In this document: one piece after another, positions 10,300 through 19,422 of the stretch
Layout: each line of letters starts with the position of its first letter
Position numbering within the stretch: the stretch's first letter is position 1
Assembly: GCA_964635715.1 (NCBI GenBank)
Contig: CAZWNZ010000003.1
Span: 37,153 to 101,152 of the forward strand
From: an uncultured Gammaproteobacteria bacterium
GTDB taxonomy: Bacteria; Patescibacteriota; Microgenomatia; UBA8517
Direction of reading: 5' to 3'
DNA: 64,000 nucleotides
Notes under the pieces: generated by a model
Databases searched by the model: none
What the model was told of the DNA's origin: nothing
What the model saw: the letters and a program-made list of their open reading frames with translations, nothing else
Made by a program: the position numbers and the translations under genes

Positions 10300-11451
10300 T
10301 CAGATTCCCATTTTCGTTTTGACTCTGGATATAAATGTGTCTAATTCCGCTTTGGTAATTGAATCATCGGGGCAAAACTTAGCCGGGTTTTGAGAACATC
10401 CGGAAGTAAAACCCATTTTTCCAAAAAGCTGAACGTATTTAAATAGAGGGTGTGTTTGGGGAACGTCTGCAAAAATTGGCACAGTATCTGTTTCGTCCGG
10501 ACTAAATCCGGCGATTCGGATTAAAAAAGTCACCGCATCAGATCTGGTTAATTCTCTTTCCGGACAAAATCTTAATGGGTTAACATTGCATCCTGTGGTT
10601 ATTTTATTTTTATAGAAAGTTTCCACGGCCTGATAATAGGGGGTATTCAAAGAGACATCGGCAAAGGAGGGAGAGGTATTCACGTATATTTGCATGCCAA
10701 ATTTTTCAACTAAATATATTGCAGTGTCACCTCGTTTTATATATTTATATTCTGTCGGAGTCGGAGTGCTTATTGATATTGGAGTTTCGGTTGGGGGGGT
10801 GGTTGGGTTGATGGATAGAGGGGTGGTTAAACTTATTATGTTTGATGGTTGCCCCGACGCCACAACAACAGTTAATGGATCAAATTTCAGGACAGTTGCT
10901 CCTCCTGCCAATACTTTAAAATTTATCTGTGCCAACACACCTATCCCGCTTTTTGTGTATGCTTTTGTTTGATCCACTTTTGCGCCTAAAACAATTTTTG
11001 CGTGACCTATTGCGGAACCATCAGACTTATTAATAGTTCCTTCCTTTAAAGTTATAGGAAGCATATCCCCCATGGGTTGTATGTTTTGAGCCTCTAATTT
11101 TGTGGTTTCATAGGTGACATCAATATCAGCAGCACTGGCATTTAAACCTTTTGTATCTATAACAATAGCCACTGAAAATATATCACCAACCGTTAAATTT
11201 GTTGTTGATGGGGAAAAACTAAGCTCAGCTCCTGACGCCTGAGTTTCCATTGTTTGTTTTTCTTTAATCATGGAGGAACCAATAATAGTTGATACGGTAA
11301 GTACTAGCACAAGAAAAACACTAAAAATTGTTTTACTTTTTGTTCTGAGATGATTAAAAAAATGCTTAAGCTTTAATTTCGTTGAGTTAAAGAAATTTCT
11401 TTCTGGTGTATTCACAACAAAATTTGTGTTTACGATATTATTATTTTCCAT
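10300..11451 (-). CDS. Membrane-anchored cohesin-domain protein with C-terminal S-layer homology (SLH) repeats
   Basis: TM helix; VGDIFSVAIVIDT...ADIDVTYETTKL cohesin-like fold; FADV...GITxGC...FCP...TR SLH repeats. Confidence 0.75.
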   Translation of the reverse strand: MENNNIVNTNFVVNTPERNFFNSTKLKLKHFFNHLRTKSKTIFSVFLVLVLTVSTIIGSSMIKEKQTMETQASGAELSFSPSTTNLTVGDIFSVAIVIDTKGLNASAADIDVTYETTKLEAQNIQPMGDMLPITLKEGTINKSDGSAIGHAKIVLGAKVDQTKAYTKSGIGVLAQINFKVLAGGATVLKFDPLTVVVASGQPSNIISLTTPLSINPTTPPTETPISISTPTPTEYKYIKRGDTAIYLVEKFGMQIYVNTSPSFADVSLNTPYYQAVETFYKNKITTGCNVNPLRFCPERELTRSDAVTFLIRIAGFSPDETDTVPIFADVPQTHPLFKYVQLFGKMGFTSGCSQNPAKFCPDDSITKAELDTFISRVKTKMGI

Positions 11452-13081
11452 AGTTGGTAATTAAATTATTGTAGTCGGTCAGGTTGTAAAATGTTCCAAA
11501 GTTTTCTTTAATTAAGTTAAAATCACTAATATTTACGTGGCTATCGGCGTCAAAATCGCCAGTAACAATTCTTTCTTTAATTCTTGAAATAAATATGTCT
11601 AAATCTGCTTTAGTAATTGCTGTATCCGGGCAGAATTTTGCCGGATTGGCAGAGCAGCCGCTGGTAATTCCCAATTTGGCGAAAAGTTGAACGTATTTAA
11701 ATAGAGGGTGTGTTTGGGGAACGTCTGCAAATTTCGGCGATGAATCGGTGATATTGGGCATATATCTTGCAATTCTAAGTAAATATGTAGCGGCTTCAGC
11801 TCTGGTTAAAGTATTATTAAGGCAAAACTTAGCCGGGTTAACATTGCATCCTGTGGTTATTTTATTTTTATAGAAAGTTTCCACGGCCTGGTAGAAAGGA
11901 GATGTGGCGGGCACGTCAGTAAAAGTGGGTGAGTTGGGGATAATTGTTTGCATGTTAAATTGTTCAGTTAAATAATAAGCTGCTCTGCCACGGGTAAAGC
12001 TATTTAAGAGTTTTGTAATGACACCAACTACCTTTTTTGGGGTACCATTGTTATTGTATATACCAAGACCCACATCGGCACTTCCATTTGCGCAGTTATT
12101 TGGAGACTTTAAGGATGAGTATCCCCAAAGACTGAACCCAAAATTATTATTTATTGCGTAATTAATCAAAAGTCTGTCTGTTTCCGCTTGAGTGTCCTCA
12201 TTTCCGTATTGTGGACATGAGCTTGCTCCGAACTCGCCAAGAATGAGCGGCGTGTTGGGATAATATTTTTTGTAACGGCTTACTTGTTGATTCATTTCAT
12301 TAATAACTTGCGACGCGTTTAAGTTTCTTTGTACAGTGCCGTAATTATTAAAACTAAGAAAATCAAATGAAATTGGGTCTTCAATAGGTAAAATGCTTTT
12401 TGATAGAGGAACTGAAAGTTTGTCAATTAACGAGTCATCGTGATATCCGATCAAAAACTTGGACCTCAACTCAGTGGGTAATCTTTTAGGCAAGCTACCC
12501 AAGGTGGGTCGCAAAAGAGCAGCATGAGCCTCAGGTGAATAAGGGGAAACTATTGTATTTGTACCTTCAGTAAACAATAGAATATAAACAGTGTCACTAT
12601 ATTCGCTGATACGGGTTAAGAATTCTTTCATATATGATTCAAAAGCAGCGTATTGGACGGGGTCTTTGAGCCACGAATCGTCATTTATTCCGATAGGGTG
12701 GGACCGTCCGTCATTCCCGCGACCCCAAAGATAATTCATCGGAAGAATTGCTTTCATGTTATTTGCCTTTAGAAGAGCCAATGTGTTCTTCAAATTTTCA
12801 AAATTTTGGTCATTATAAATCGGAGTTGGTAAAGCTTGAGGTTCAAATTTACTCCAAACCATATAAAGCCACACAGTATTAAAACCGGCTGCTTTGATTT
12901 TTTGTAAGTTTGCGGGCAAAGTTGTCCAAGGAGTTTGATAATCTCCTGTGCTTCCGGGAAATGCGTAAGCTACACTCCTGATATTCCAATAAGGGAGACT
13001 ATTTGTTTGCGCGTTGATGGTCGATTTTAAAGTTGTTAAAAAAAAGAGGGCTAAGAATATTGCAAATAGAACCTTTTTCAT
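11441..13081 (-). CDS. Secreted clan GH-A glycoside hydrolase with SLH repeats and C-terminal dockerin-like motif
   Basis: Signal peptide; IKAAGFNTV..W..FEP; candidate catalytic Glu in FTEG and LGEFG; SLH; GDFDADSHVNISDF. Confidence 0.75.
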   Translation of the reverse strand: MKKVLFAIFLALFFLTTLKSTINAQTNSLPYWNIRSVAYAFPGSTGDYQTPWTTLPANLQKIKAAGFNTVWLYMVWSKFEPQALPTPIYNDQNFENLKNTLALLKANNMKAILPMNYLWGRGNDGRSHPIGINDDSWLKDPVQYAAFESYMKEFLTRISEYSDTVYILLFTEGTNTIVSPYSPEAHAALLRPTLGSLPKRLPTELRSKFLIGYHDDSLIDKLSVPLSKSILPIEDPISFDFLSFNNYGTVQRNLNASQVINEMNQQVSRYKKYYPNTPLILGEFGASSCPQYGNEDTQAETDRLLINYAINNNFGFSLWGYSSLKSPNNCANGSADVGLGIYNNNGTPKKVVGVITKLLNSFTRGRAAYYLTEQFNMQTIIPNSPTFTDVPATSPFYQAVETFYKNKITTGCNVNPAKFCLNNTLTRAEAATYLLRIARYMPNITDSSPKFADVPQTHPLFKYVQLFAKLGITSGCSANPAKFCPDTAITKADLDIFISRIKERIVTGDFDADSHVNISDFNLIKENFGTFYNLTDYNNLITNYGK

Positions 13082-13185
13082 GAGTGAAAATCTAATTTAT
13101 ATATTAACACATCCGGAAAAAATAAATAATCATAGGCAATACACCGATAACGACAGGGCTAACCTTTAAAGCTTGTTACATAATA

Positions 13186-13365
13186 CTAAATACAATTGGA
13201 CGATTTTTCATATCCTGCTTTCTTTGCTTCTTTCTCAGTACAAAACCACTCTTCTCCTTTATATTTTTCGATAATGGATAGATTGTAGAGCCTGCATTCC
13301 GACATGGTGTATTCTTTATTTTTTGTATTTTGGATAATATTTCCTTTGATTGTGCACTGCGGCAA
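13186..13365 (-). pseudogene. Isolated CxIKGNI...WFCxExEA domain (C-terminal module of thermonuclease-family proteins); probable gene remnant
   Basis: Hand translation: LPQCTIKGNIIQNTKNKEYTMSECRLYNLSIIEKYKGEEWFCTEKEAKKAGYEKSSNCI; in-frame TAA four codons upstream; absent from ORF track. Confidence 0.65.
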
Positions 13366-13394
13366 TCTTTGTTCTTAAAGATGTTTTTCTCTTT

Positions 13395-14039
13395 TTAGAA
13401 GTTTGCTTTGCCATTTAGTCCTAAAATAATTTCTTCGGAGTTTCCTATTGGGATTCTGACAAAAAATCCTTTTCCGTTAGGAATAGGTAGGGAAGTCTCA
13501 CCTTTTAATCTTCTTTTGATTCCCTCAATTTCTATTTCTGCGGTTCTTTGTTTTCCAAAATCGGAGATTTGTTTTTGTCCGAGTTCAATTTCAAAAAAGT
13601 AAGAGGAAGAATCAACAATTTTTATTTCGCTTCCGGCGGGTGTTACAAAAATTCCCGCAACTAGGTCACTGTCATCAATTATTATTCCGTCGACAGGGGA
13701 AAATAGCGTTGTCTGGTCGAGCACTGCCTTTGCAAGTTCGACGTCTTTTACAGACGCGTTAAGAGTTGCTTGCTTTTCCGTTCTTAAATATTTATCTATA
13801 ACTTCCTTCGGGTCAGGATATTTTTGGGAAAATATTTCAAAGTCTGCCCTCACTTTTTCAAAGTCGGCAAGTTGTTTATCGAGACTTGTTTGAAGTATTT
13901 TTCTATCGAGTGAAGCAAGTATGTCTCCTTTTTTAACAATATCTCCTGTGTGTTTTTGAATAGAAACAACTTTTCCTGAAATTGCAAAACGCACTGAAAC
14001 AATTCGAGCCTTGACACCACCTTTGTATGTCTTTGACAT
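13395..14039 (-). CDS. HlyD/RND periplasmic adaptor-like protein (lipoyl-like and coiled coil)
   Basis: FAISGKV...GDIVKKGDILASLD and LFSPVDGII motifs. Confidence 0.8.
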   Translation of the reverse strand: MSKTYKGGVKARIVSVRFAISGKVVSIQKHTGDIVKKGDILASLDRKILQTSLDKQLADFEKVRADFEIFSQKYPDPKEVIDKYLRTEKQATLNASVKDVELAKAVLDQTTLFSPVDGIIIDDSDLVAGIFVTPAGSEIKIVDSSSYFFEIELGQKQISDFGKQRTAEIEIEGIKRRLKGETSLPIPNGKGFFVRIPIGNSEEIILGLNGKANF

Positions 14040-14111
14040 TCTAGTCTAATTTTAGATTATCACAATTTTGAAGATGAATAAAATTTCCAATCTTTTTATT
14101 GTCACGACTGC

Positions 14112-14540
14112 TTAAATAAAATCCAAAATTCCTTCGGGATATAAAATTAATTTTCCGTTTTTATAATCGTCGATATTCTGCCAGGAGGCAATTCCTCCTT
14201 CGTTTGAGTCAAGAATCTGTAGCTCAGTTTTTTCATACAAATCTTTGTTTACAAGATCTCCTTCAAAAACCATTAGTATTTCATGCCCATTTTTGCCTTC
14301 GTAGGTAAAAATGGTTTCTAGCGTTGTTATAAATCTCACGTTTTTCAGATTGGTTCCCAATTCTTCCTGAAACTCGCGTCTTAAAGCCGCCTTTGCTCTT
14401 TCTCCGAATTCAATTCCACCTCCAAGAAGACGATAAAAAGTTTCTTTTTTAACAGAATCAAATCCGACTCCGGCCAAAATCTTTTCTTTGTGTTTAATAA
14501 TACATACCGCCAAAGGTCTTATGGCATTTTCTTTTAGCAT
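14112..14540 (-). CDS. Nudix hydrolase
   Basis: GGGIEFGERAKAALRREFQEELG; LYPEG C-terminus. Confidence 0.9.
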   Translation of the reverse strand: MLKENAIRPLAVCIIKHKEKILAGVGFDSVKKETFYRLLGGGIEFGERAKAALRREFQEELGTNLKNVRFITTLETIFTYEGKNGHEILMVFEGDLVNKDLYEKTELQILDSNEGGIASWQNIDDYKNGKLILYPEGILDFI

Positions 14541-14629
14541 ATGAAATATTCTATCACCAATTTGGAAGATAATTGCCTAGCCTTTTTGCACATGTGGATA
14601 CAATCCACAAAATTATCTAAAGTATTATA

Positions 14630-15073
14630 ATGAATTTTATGAAACGGGTGGTGCAAAAAGTAATTGCCGGAGTAGCCCTCGAAAACGGCGGTAAAATTTT
14701 AATTATTCAAAGAACGGCGAATGAAGATATCTTTCCAAATCTTTGGGAACTTCCGAGCGGGAAGAAAGAACCAATGGAAAAGATTGAAGAAGCTGCAAAA
14801 CGCGAAGCCAAAGAAGAAACAGAACTTGAAGTCAAAATAGGTAAGCCAATTAGTGTTTTTAACTTCGGTTGGGAAAAAGAAGATGAAATAAGAGATGCTA
14901 CGGAAATAGTTTTTCTGGCAACTTTAGAAGGCAAATCTGAAGTTAAGCTTAGCGACGAACATCAAAACTTTGCATGGGTGAATAAAGAGGAAATTGAAAA
15001 TTACAACGCTTCAAAAGAAACCAAAGACGTGGTTAAAGAAGCTTTGTCTAATCTTCCAAAGATCAATCCCTAA
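14630..15073 (+). CDS. Nudix hydrolase
   Basis: WELPSGKKEPMEKIEEAAKREAKEET; LSDEH..FAW. Confidence 0.9.
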   Translation: MNFMKRVVQKVIAGVALENGGKILIIQRTANEDIFPNLWELPSGKKEPMEKIEEAAKREAKEETELEVKIGKPISVFNFGWEKEDEIRDATEIVFLATLEGKSEVKLSDEHQNFAWVNKEEIENYNASKETKDVVKEALSNLPKINP

Positions 15074-15285
15074 TTTTTCTATATTTTCTCTAGTTATCCT
15101 TCAAAAAACATTTTGTCTTTTATAAGTTAGATTATTGCAATGATGGCATATTATTAGTCTTTCCGAGGAGTTTCGGTTATGAAGCGCCCTACTTAGCTAA
15201 ACATCATGGTCTAGGACTCTATAACCCCATAACCAATTATCAACCCATTATTTTTTAATAGTTCCCTGGGGAGAATAGGTAGAAG

Positions 15286-15792
15286 TTAGAAATCTCCCGG
15301 AAATATATCGATAATTTTCGCCCTCAATTTTCTGTTGGCAGCTTCATACTCAACTTCTGCTCCTTTTACATGACCTAATAGTGCTTTACCCAATGGAGAT
15401 TCATATGATATGGAATCATTTTGAAAGAGAATTGCATCAGCTGACCCTAATATGTTTGCTCTGAATTGTTCTCCGTATGTCATAATCTCCACATGAACAA
15501 GGTTTCCGATCTGTGCCGTATCAGTTTCCTTTCGTCTTTCAATGAAAGTGGGACACATTACAGCCTGGCGCCATTGTTCGAACAAAATACCAGTGACGTC
15601 AATCTTTCTATTAGCTTCATCAAAAGCTGCGTTGTCATGAAAATCATTTGTTCCACCAGCAACGCCCAACTCTTTATGTTGTTCGACAAGTTCGTTTGCT
15701 ATATAACCAAACTTTTGTTGAGCTGCGTCGTAAGCACGCCTAGACATAATACCGGAAAGGACTTCAATTTTTCGTTCTCTGCTCATATTCAA
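15286..15792 (-). CDS. GreA/GreB family transcript cleavage factor, divergent second copy
   Basis: Coiled-coil tip DFHDNAAF (cf. DLSENxxY); C-terminal ISYESPLGKALLG. Confidence 0.85.
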   Translation of the reverse strand: MNMSRERKIEVLSGIMSRRAYDAAQQKFGYIANELVEQHKELGVAGGTNDFHDNAAFDEANRKIDVTGILFEQWRQAVMCPTFIERRKETDTAQIGNLVHVEIMTYGEQFRANILGSADAILFQNDSISYESPLGKALLGHVKGAEVEYEAANRKLRAKIIDIFPGDF

Positions 15793-15855
15793 AGTGATAT
15801 TCTACCAGAAAATACAGTATTTGAAAATCACAAGAGTCTTGATACAATATGACTT

Positions 15856-16299
15856 ATGAGTAGTAAAAAAATCGTTCAAAAAGTAGTCTTAGGAGGCGTC
15901 GTTTTTGATAAGGGACAGAAGTTTCTAGTAATGCAAAGAAATGAAAATGAGGATATTTACCCAGGTTTATGGGAATTGCCAAGTGGTAAGAAGGAAGAGT
16001 TAGAAGATGCTGAAGCCTCACTTTTGAGAGAAATTAAAGAAGAAGCAGGTATAGATGTAGAAATCATTTTGCCTGTTTCTATTTTTAATTATCAGATCGA
16101 AAAAACGGAAGAGATTCGTGATTCAACCCAAATTAATTTTCTGGTCAAAATGAAGCGTGATCAGGAGGTTCATATTAGCAAAGAGCATCAAAATTTTGCT
16201 TGGGTAGGCAAAGACGAACTGAACAAATACAATTTTTCTGATGCAACCAAAAGGGTTTTGCTAAAAGCATTTGAAATTTTGGAAAAGTTAAATATTTAA
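15856..16299 (+). CDS. Nudix hydrolase, paralog of 14630..15073
   Basis: WELPSGKKEELEDAEASLLREIKEEAG; ISKEHQNFAW. Confidence 0.9.
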   Translation: MSSKKIVQKVVLGGVVFDKGQKFLVMQRNENEDIYPGLWELPSGKKEELEDAEASLLREIKEEAGIDVEIILPVSIFNYQIEKTEEIRDSTQINFLVKMKRDQEVHISKEHQNFAWVGKDELNKYNFSDATKRVLLKAFEILEKLNI

Positions 16300-16856
16300 T
16301 GAAAATCTTATTTGATTTTTCAAGACAAGGTATCTCACAATATAATTCTGCCTTCGAAGAGATTAGAAAAAGTATTCTTGAAAATGGCCACTTTTTAACT
16401 AATGATTTACTTCAAGAAACTAAAAAATTGGGTAAAACGCTCCCCCAAGAGGCCTTTAATAAATTAAGAAAGGCAATTTCCGAAGCTGATGCAATTATTA
16501 TTGAGGGATCAATTGTAAGTATGAGTTTGGGATATATTGTTACAGAATCCATTAATTTGGGGAAGCCTGTACTTTTCCTTTCTGATGGACATCTTAAAAA
16601 CCATAAAAACAGATTCTTGATGTCGATTAAATCGAAACTTTTATATGTTGAGGCTTATCATGATGTTCACCAATTGCGTCCAATTGTAGTAAGGTTTATG
16701 GAAGAGTGTCCCAACATTAAAACACGTTTTAATTTAGTACTTAGTAATAAGTTGGACAGCTACATTATTAAACGCAGTAAAGATCTAAATATTTCGAAAA
16801 CGGAGTATATTGTTGATTTAATTGAAACGGACCTACAGAAGAATATAAAGGATTAA
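16299..16856 (+). CDS. Nucleoside 2-deoxyribosyltransferase-like domain fused to C-terminal ribbon-helix-helix; putative regulator
   Basis: ISEADAIIIEGS..SMSLGY...GKPVLFL NDT-like fold; TRFNLVL...LDSYI...NISKTEYIVDLI RHH pattern. Confidence 0.65.
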   Translation: MKILFDFSRQGISQYNSAFEEIRKSILENGHFLTNDLLQETKKLGKTLPQEAFNKLRKAISEADAIIIEGSIVSMSLGYIVTESINLGKPVLFLSDGHLKNHKNRFLMSIKSKLLYVEAYHDVHQLRPIVVRFMEECPNIKTRFNLVLSNKLDSYIIKRSKDLNISKTEYIVDLIETDLQKNIKD

Positions 16857-17776
16857 ATTCTTATTTTATTTCCTGCCACTAGATTTTTTATCGCCACCTC
16901 CACCATTTTTTTGTTCGCTTCTTCCGTCATAGAGGCAATATGTGGAGAACCGATAAAGTTTTTTTGCTTTATCATGCTTTTCTTTATTTTGGGCTCGCTT
17001 TCAAAAACATCAGAAATATAAAATAGACTTTTACTTTTTAGAAGCGGGATAATAGCTTTTTCTTCTACAATGGCGCCGCGTGAAGTATTGATTAAAATTG
17101 TTCCCTTTCTGATTTTTTTGAGATTTTCCTGATTAAATAAATGATATGTCTCTGTTGTCAGTGGAAGATGTAACGAAATTATATTTGAGTTTTTGAGCAG
17201 TTTATTGATTGAACAGAATTCCAAATCATCTGTCAAAAATGATTTTGGATCAACATAAGGATCGTAAACTAAAAACTTATTACAATCAAAAGCGTTTAAC
17301 TTTTTATATACCAATCGTGCGATATTACCGAATCCCACAAGACCTATCACCTGATTGGACATTTCTTGCCCCATATACTTATATCTGTTCCAATTAATCA
17401 AATCGGATTCATTCAAAAGGTTGGTTTTTCTAAGTGCTGATAATGCTTGACAAACAACATATTCAGCTACGGCGTTTGAATTAGCACCGGCAGAATTGTA
17501 AATGTCTATTCCCCGGATTTCACACGAATGGATATCTATATTGTCCACACCTACCCCGACTCTAACAAGGTGCCTTAAATTCGGAAGTTTATTTAAAACC
17601 GAAGTGTCAACTTTTGTGTAACTCCTTACGATTAATGTTTCAATATTCGGAGAATAATTAACGCCTATTGTTTTATCGCCTTTAACTATTTTATAACCGG
17701 CACACTTAAGCAATTTTGACTCTCCATTTAAATAAATTTCATCAGGCTCGCTTATATATGCAATCTTTTTACTCAT
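16853..17776 (-). CDS. D-isomer-specific 2-hydroxyacid dehydrogenase (SerA-like catalytic domain)
   Basis: RVGVGVDNID, GFGNIA, LHLPLT, NTSRG, DVFESEP, SPHIA. Confidence 0.92.
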   Translation of the reverse strand: MSKKIAYISEPDEIYLNGESKLLKCAGYKIVKGDKTIGVNYSPNIETLIVRSYTKVDTSVLNKLPNLRHLVRVGVGVDNIDIHSCEIRGIDIYNSAGANSNAVAEYVVCQALSALRKTNLLNESDLINWNRYKYMGQEMSNQVIGLVGFGNIARLVYKKLNAFDCNKFLVYDPYVDPKSFLTDDLEFCSINKLLKNSNIISLHLPLTTETYHLFNQENLKKIRKGTILINTSRGAIVEEKAIIPLLKSKSLFYISDVFESEPKIKKSMIKQKNFIGSPHIASMTEEANKKMVEVAIKNLVAGNKIRI

Positions 17777-17787
17777 ATTGTTGCGCT

Positions 17788-18207
17788 CTATATTCTTAAA
17801 ATTTTTACTTCACGTCTTTCCTGTCCTGGGTCAGAGCCATGAAATATATCTGCCTCGAATCCCGCATTAATCTGAGATGTTAGCGCGGAAATTTGAGAGC
17901 GAAATCTTGAACGCAATTCCAATTTCACCGTTTTTGCACGAGTTTGGCCTTCCAGAATAATTGCTGTGATAGCTGATCCGGCAATTCTGTCATAGTAACT
18001 TCCAGACCATGGATAATGAATTACATTGTTCCACAAGTCTTCAGCTTGACTTCTGGTTAAAACTGTTTGCACCTGATCCAATATGTTGGCTCCTGCAACT
18101 TCATGCAGGTTGTACCAGATTTGTTGCTGTTGTTCATTAGGCAGTAGTGTGAATTCTGGTTTAAGTATTAATACGGAGAATTGATTTTGTAGGATTGATT
18201 CTTTCAT
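17788..18207 (-). CDS. Nucleoside diphosphate kinase-like protein (divergent)
   Basis: LILKP N-terminal motif, K.ELR, and IFHGSD phospho-His motif followed by RE. Confidence 0.7.
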   Translation of the reverse strand: MKESILQNQFSVLILKPEFTLLPNEQQQQIWYNLHEVAGANILDQVQTVLTRSQAEDLWNNVIHYPWSGSYYDRIAGSAITAIILEGQTRAKTVKLELRSRFRSQISALTSQINAGFEADIFHGSDPGQERREVKILRI

Positions 18208-18214
18208 TTATGAA

Positions 18215-19417
18215 TTAGATTGAATAATTCTTAAGAGTTTTTTTGATTATTGAAGCATATTCCTTCAGTACTTTTTTGTATTCCGGGGTATCGTATATGT
18301 CAATCGGAAATTTTATGGCATTGTTAAAAAAGTTTTCAGCTATTGGGAAATCACCTTTCTTATAATTTACCAGTCCCTTATATCCAGGATAAAGTAGGCT
18401 CGGGTCTTGGAACAACTTCAGTAAATTAAGGGGACAGGTTGAACCCGGCATGTCTGCGTCCAAAATACCATTTTCGATTAACTTATCGCAGAATTCTTTG
18501 GTGGATATTGAAATCTTTTTAGGGTTAATTTGGATAACAAATGCGTACCAACTAGGTTCCACACCGTCAATAAACGCTGGAGTTTTTATGGCCTCAACGT
18601 CTTTAAGTAACGTCGCCAAATATTTTGCATTGTTATTCATTATTTTATGCCACATCTGTAGATGGCTCATTTGCTCTTCAGCAATCGCAATGGCAAGAGG
18701 ATGGGCTCGAAGCTTTAATCCAAAGCCCGTTAATGCGTAAGGGTAATATTTGGAATCTGGAAGAATTTCCTGTTTGCATCTTTTGTTGTAGTGCCCAAAA
18801 AGTAGTCCACGTTCATAGACCTCACTGTCGTCTGTGACCATTATTCCGCCCTCACCTCCGGTAATAATTTTCTGACCCTGTAAACTAAACGCCCCAACTG
18901 TTCCGAAAGTGCCTACGAGTTTGTCTTTGTATATTGCTCCATGGGCATGCGAGACATCTTCTATGAGTTTTAGATTATGTTTTTTACAGATGGCAATAAT
19001 TTTATCCATTTCACAGGGAACACCCCACATATGAGTAACAACCAACCCTTTTGTCTTGGGGGTAATAAGTGACTCAATTTTATTCGGATCGATGTTACCA
19101 TCTTCTCTTGCGTCGCAAAGTATCGGAATTGCTCCGGTTTGAAATAATGGAGTAACTGTGGCAAAAAAAGTGTATGCCGGGCATATTACTTCGTCTCCAG
19201 GGCCAAAACCACAACCAACCATCGCAGCATGTAACGACGCGGTTCCGGAACTAAAAAGCAGGGCATATTTGGTACCATACACTTTTGCAAATTTGTTCTC
19301 AAATCTCTCAAAAATCCCTGATCTGTTATAAATAGAAATTTCCCCTTTATTTAGTTCAGTATTGACAGCCTTTTTAGTCTCTTTTGTTATATGAGGCCAA
19401 ATGTATTTGTAATTCAT
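18215..19417 (-). CDS. DegT/DnrJ/EryC1/StrS PLP-dependent aminotransferase
   Basis: SSGTASL, IEDVSHAHG, FSLQGQKIITGGEGG (Schiff-base Lys). Confidence 0.95.
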   Translation of the reverse strand: MNYKYIWPHITKETKKAVNTELNKGEISIYNRSGIFERFENKFAKVYGTKYALLFSSGTASLHAAMVGCGFGPGDEVICPAYTFFATVTPLFQTGAIPILCDAREDGNIDPNKIESLITPKTKGLVVTHMWGVPCEMDKIIAICKKHNLKLIEDVSHAHGAIYKDKLVGTFGTVGAFSLQGQKIITGGEGGIMVTDDSEVYERGLLFGHYNKRCKQEILPDSKYYPYALTGFGLKLRAHPLAIAIAEEQMSHLQMWHKIMNNNAKYLATLLKDVEAIKTPAFIDGVEPSWYAFVIQINPKKISISTKEFCDKLIENGILDADMPGSTCPLNLLKLFQDPSLLYPGYKGLVNYKKGDFPIAENFFNNAIKFPIDIYDTPEYKKVLKEYASIIKKTLKNYSI

Positions 19418-19422
19418 AATAT

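Noticed and set aside
15176-15234. Integron attC site
   Set aside because: GTT and AAC boxes are in the wrong order, and there is no integrase or cassette array.
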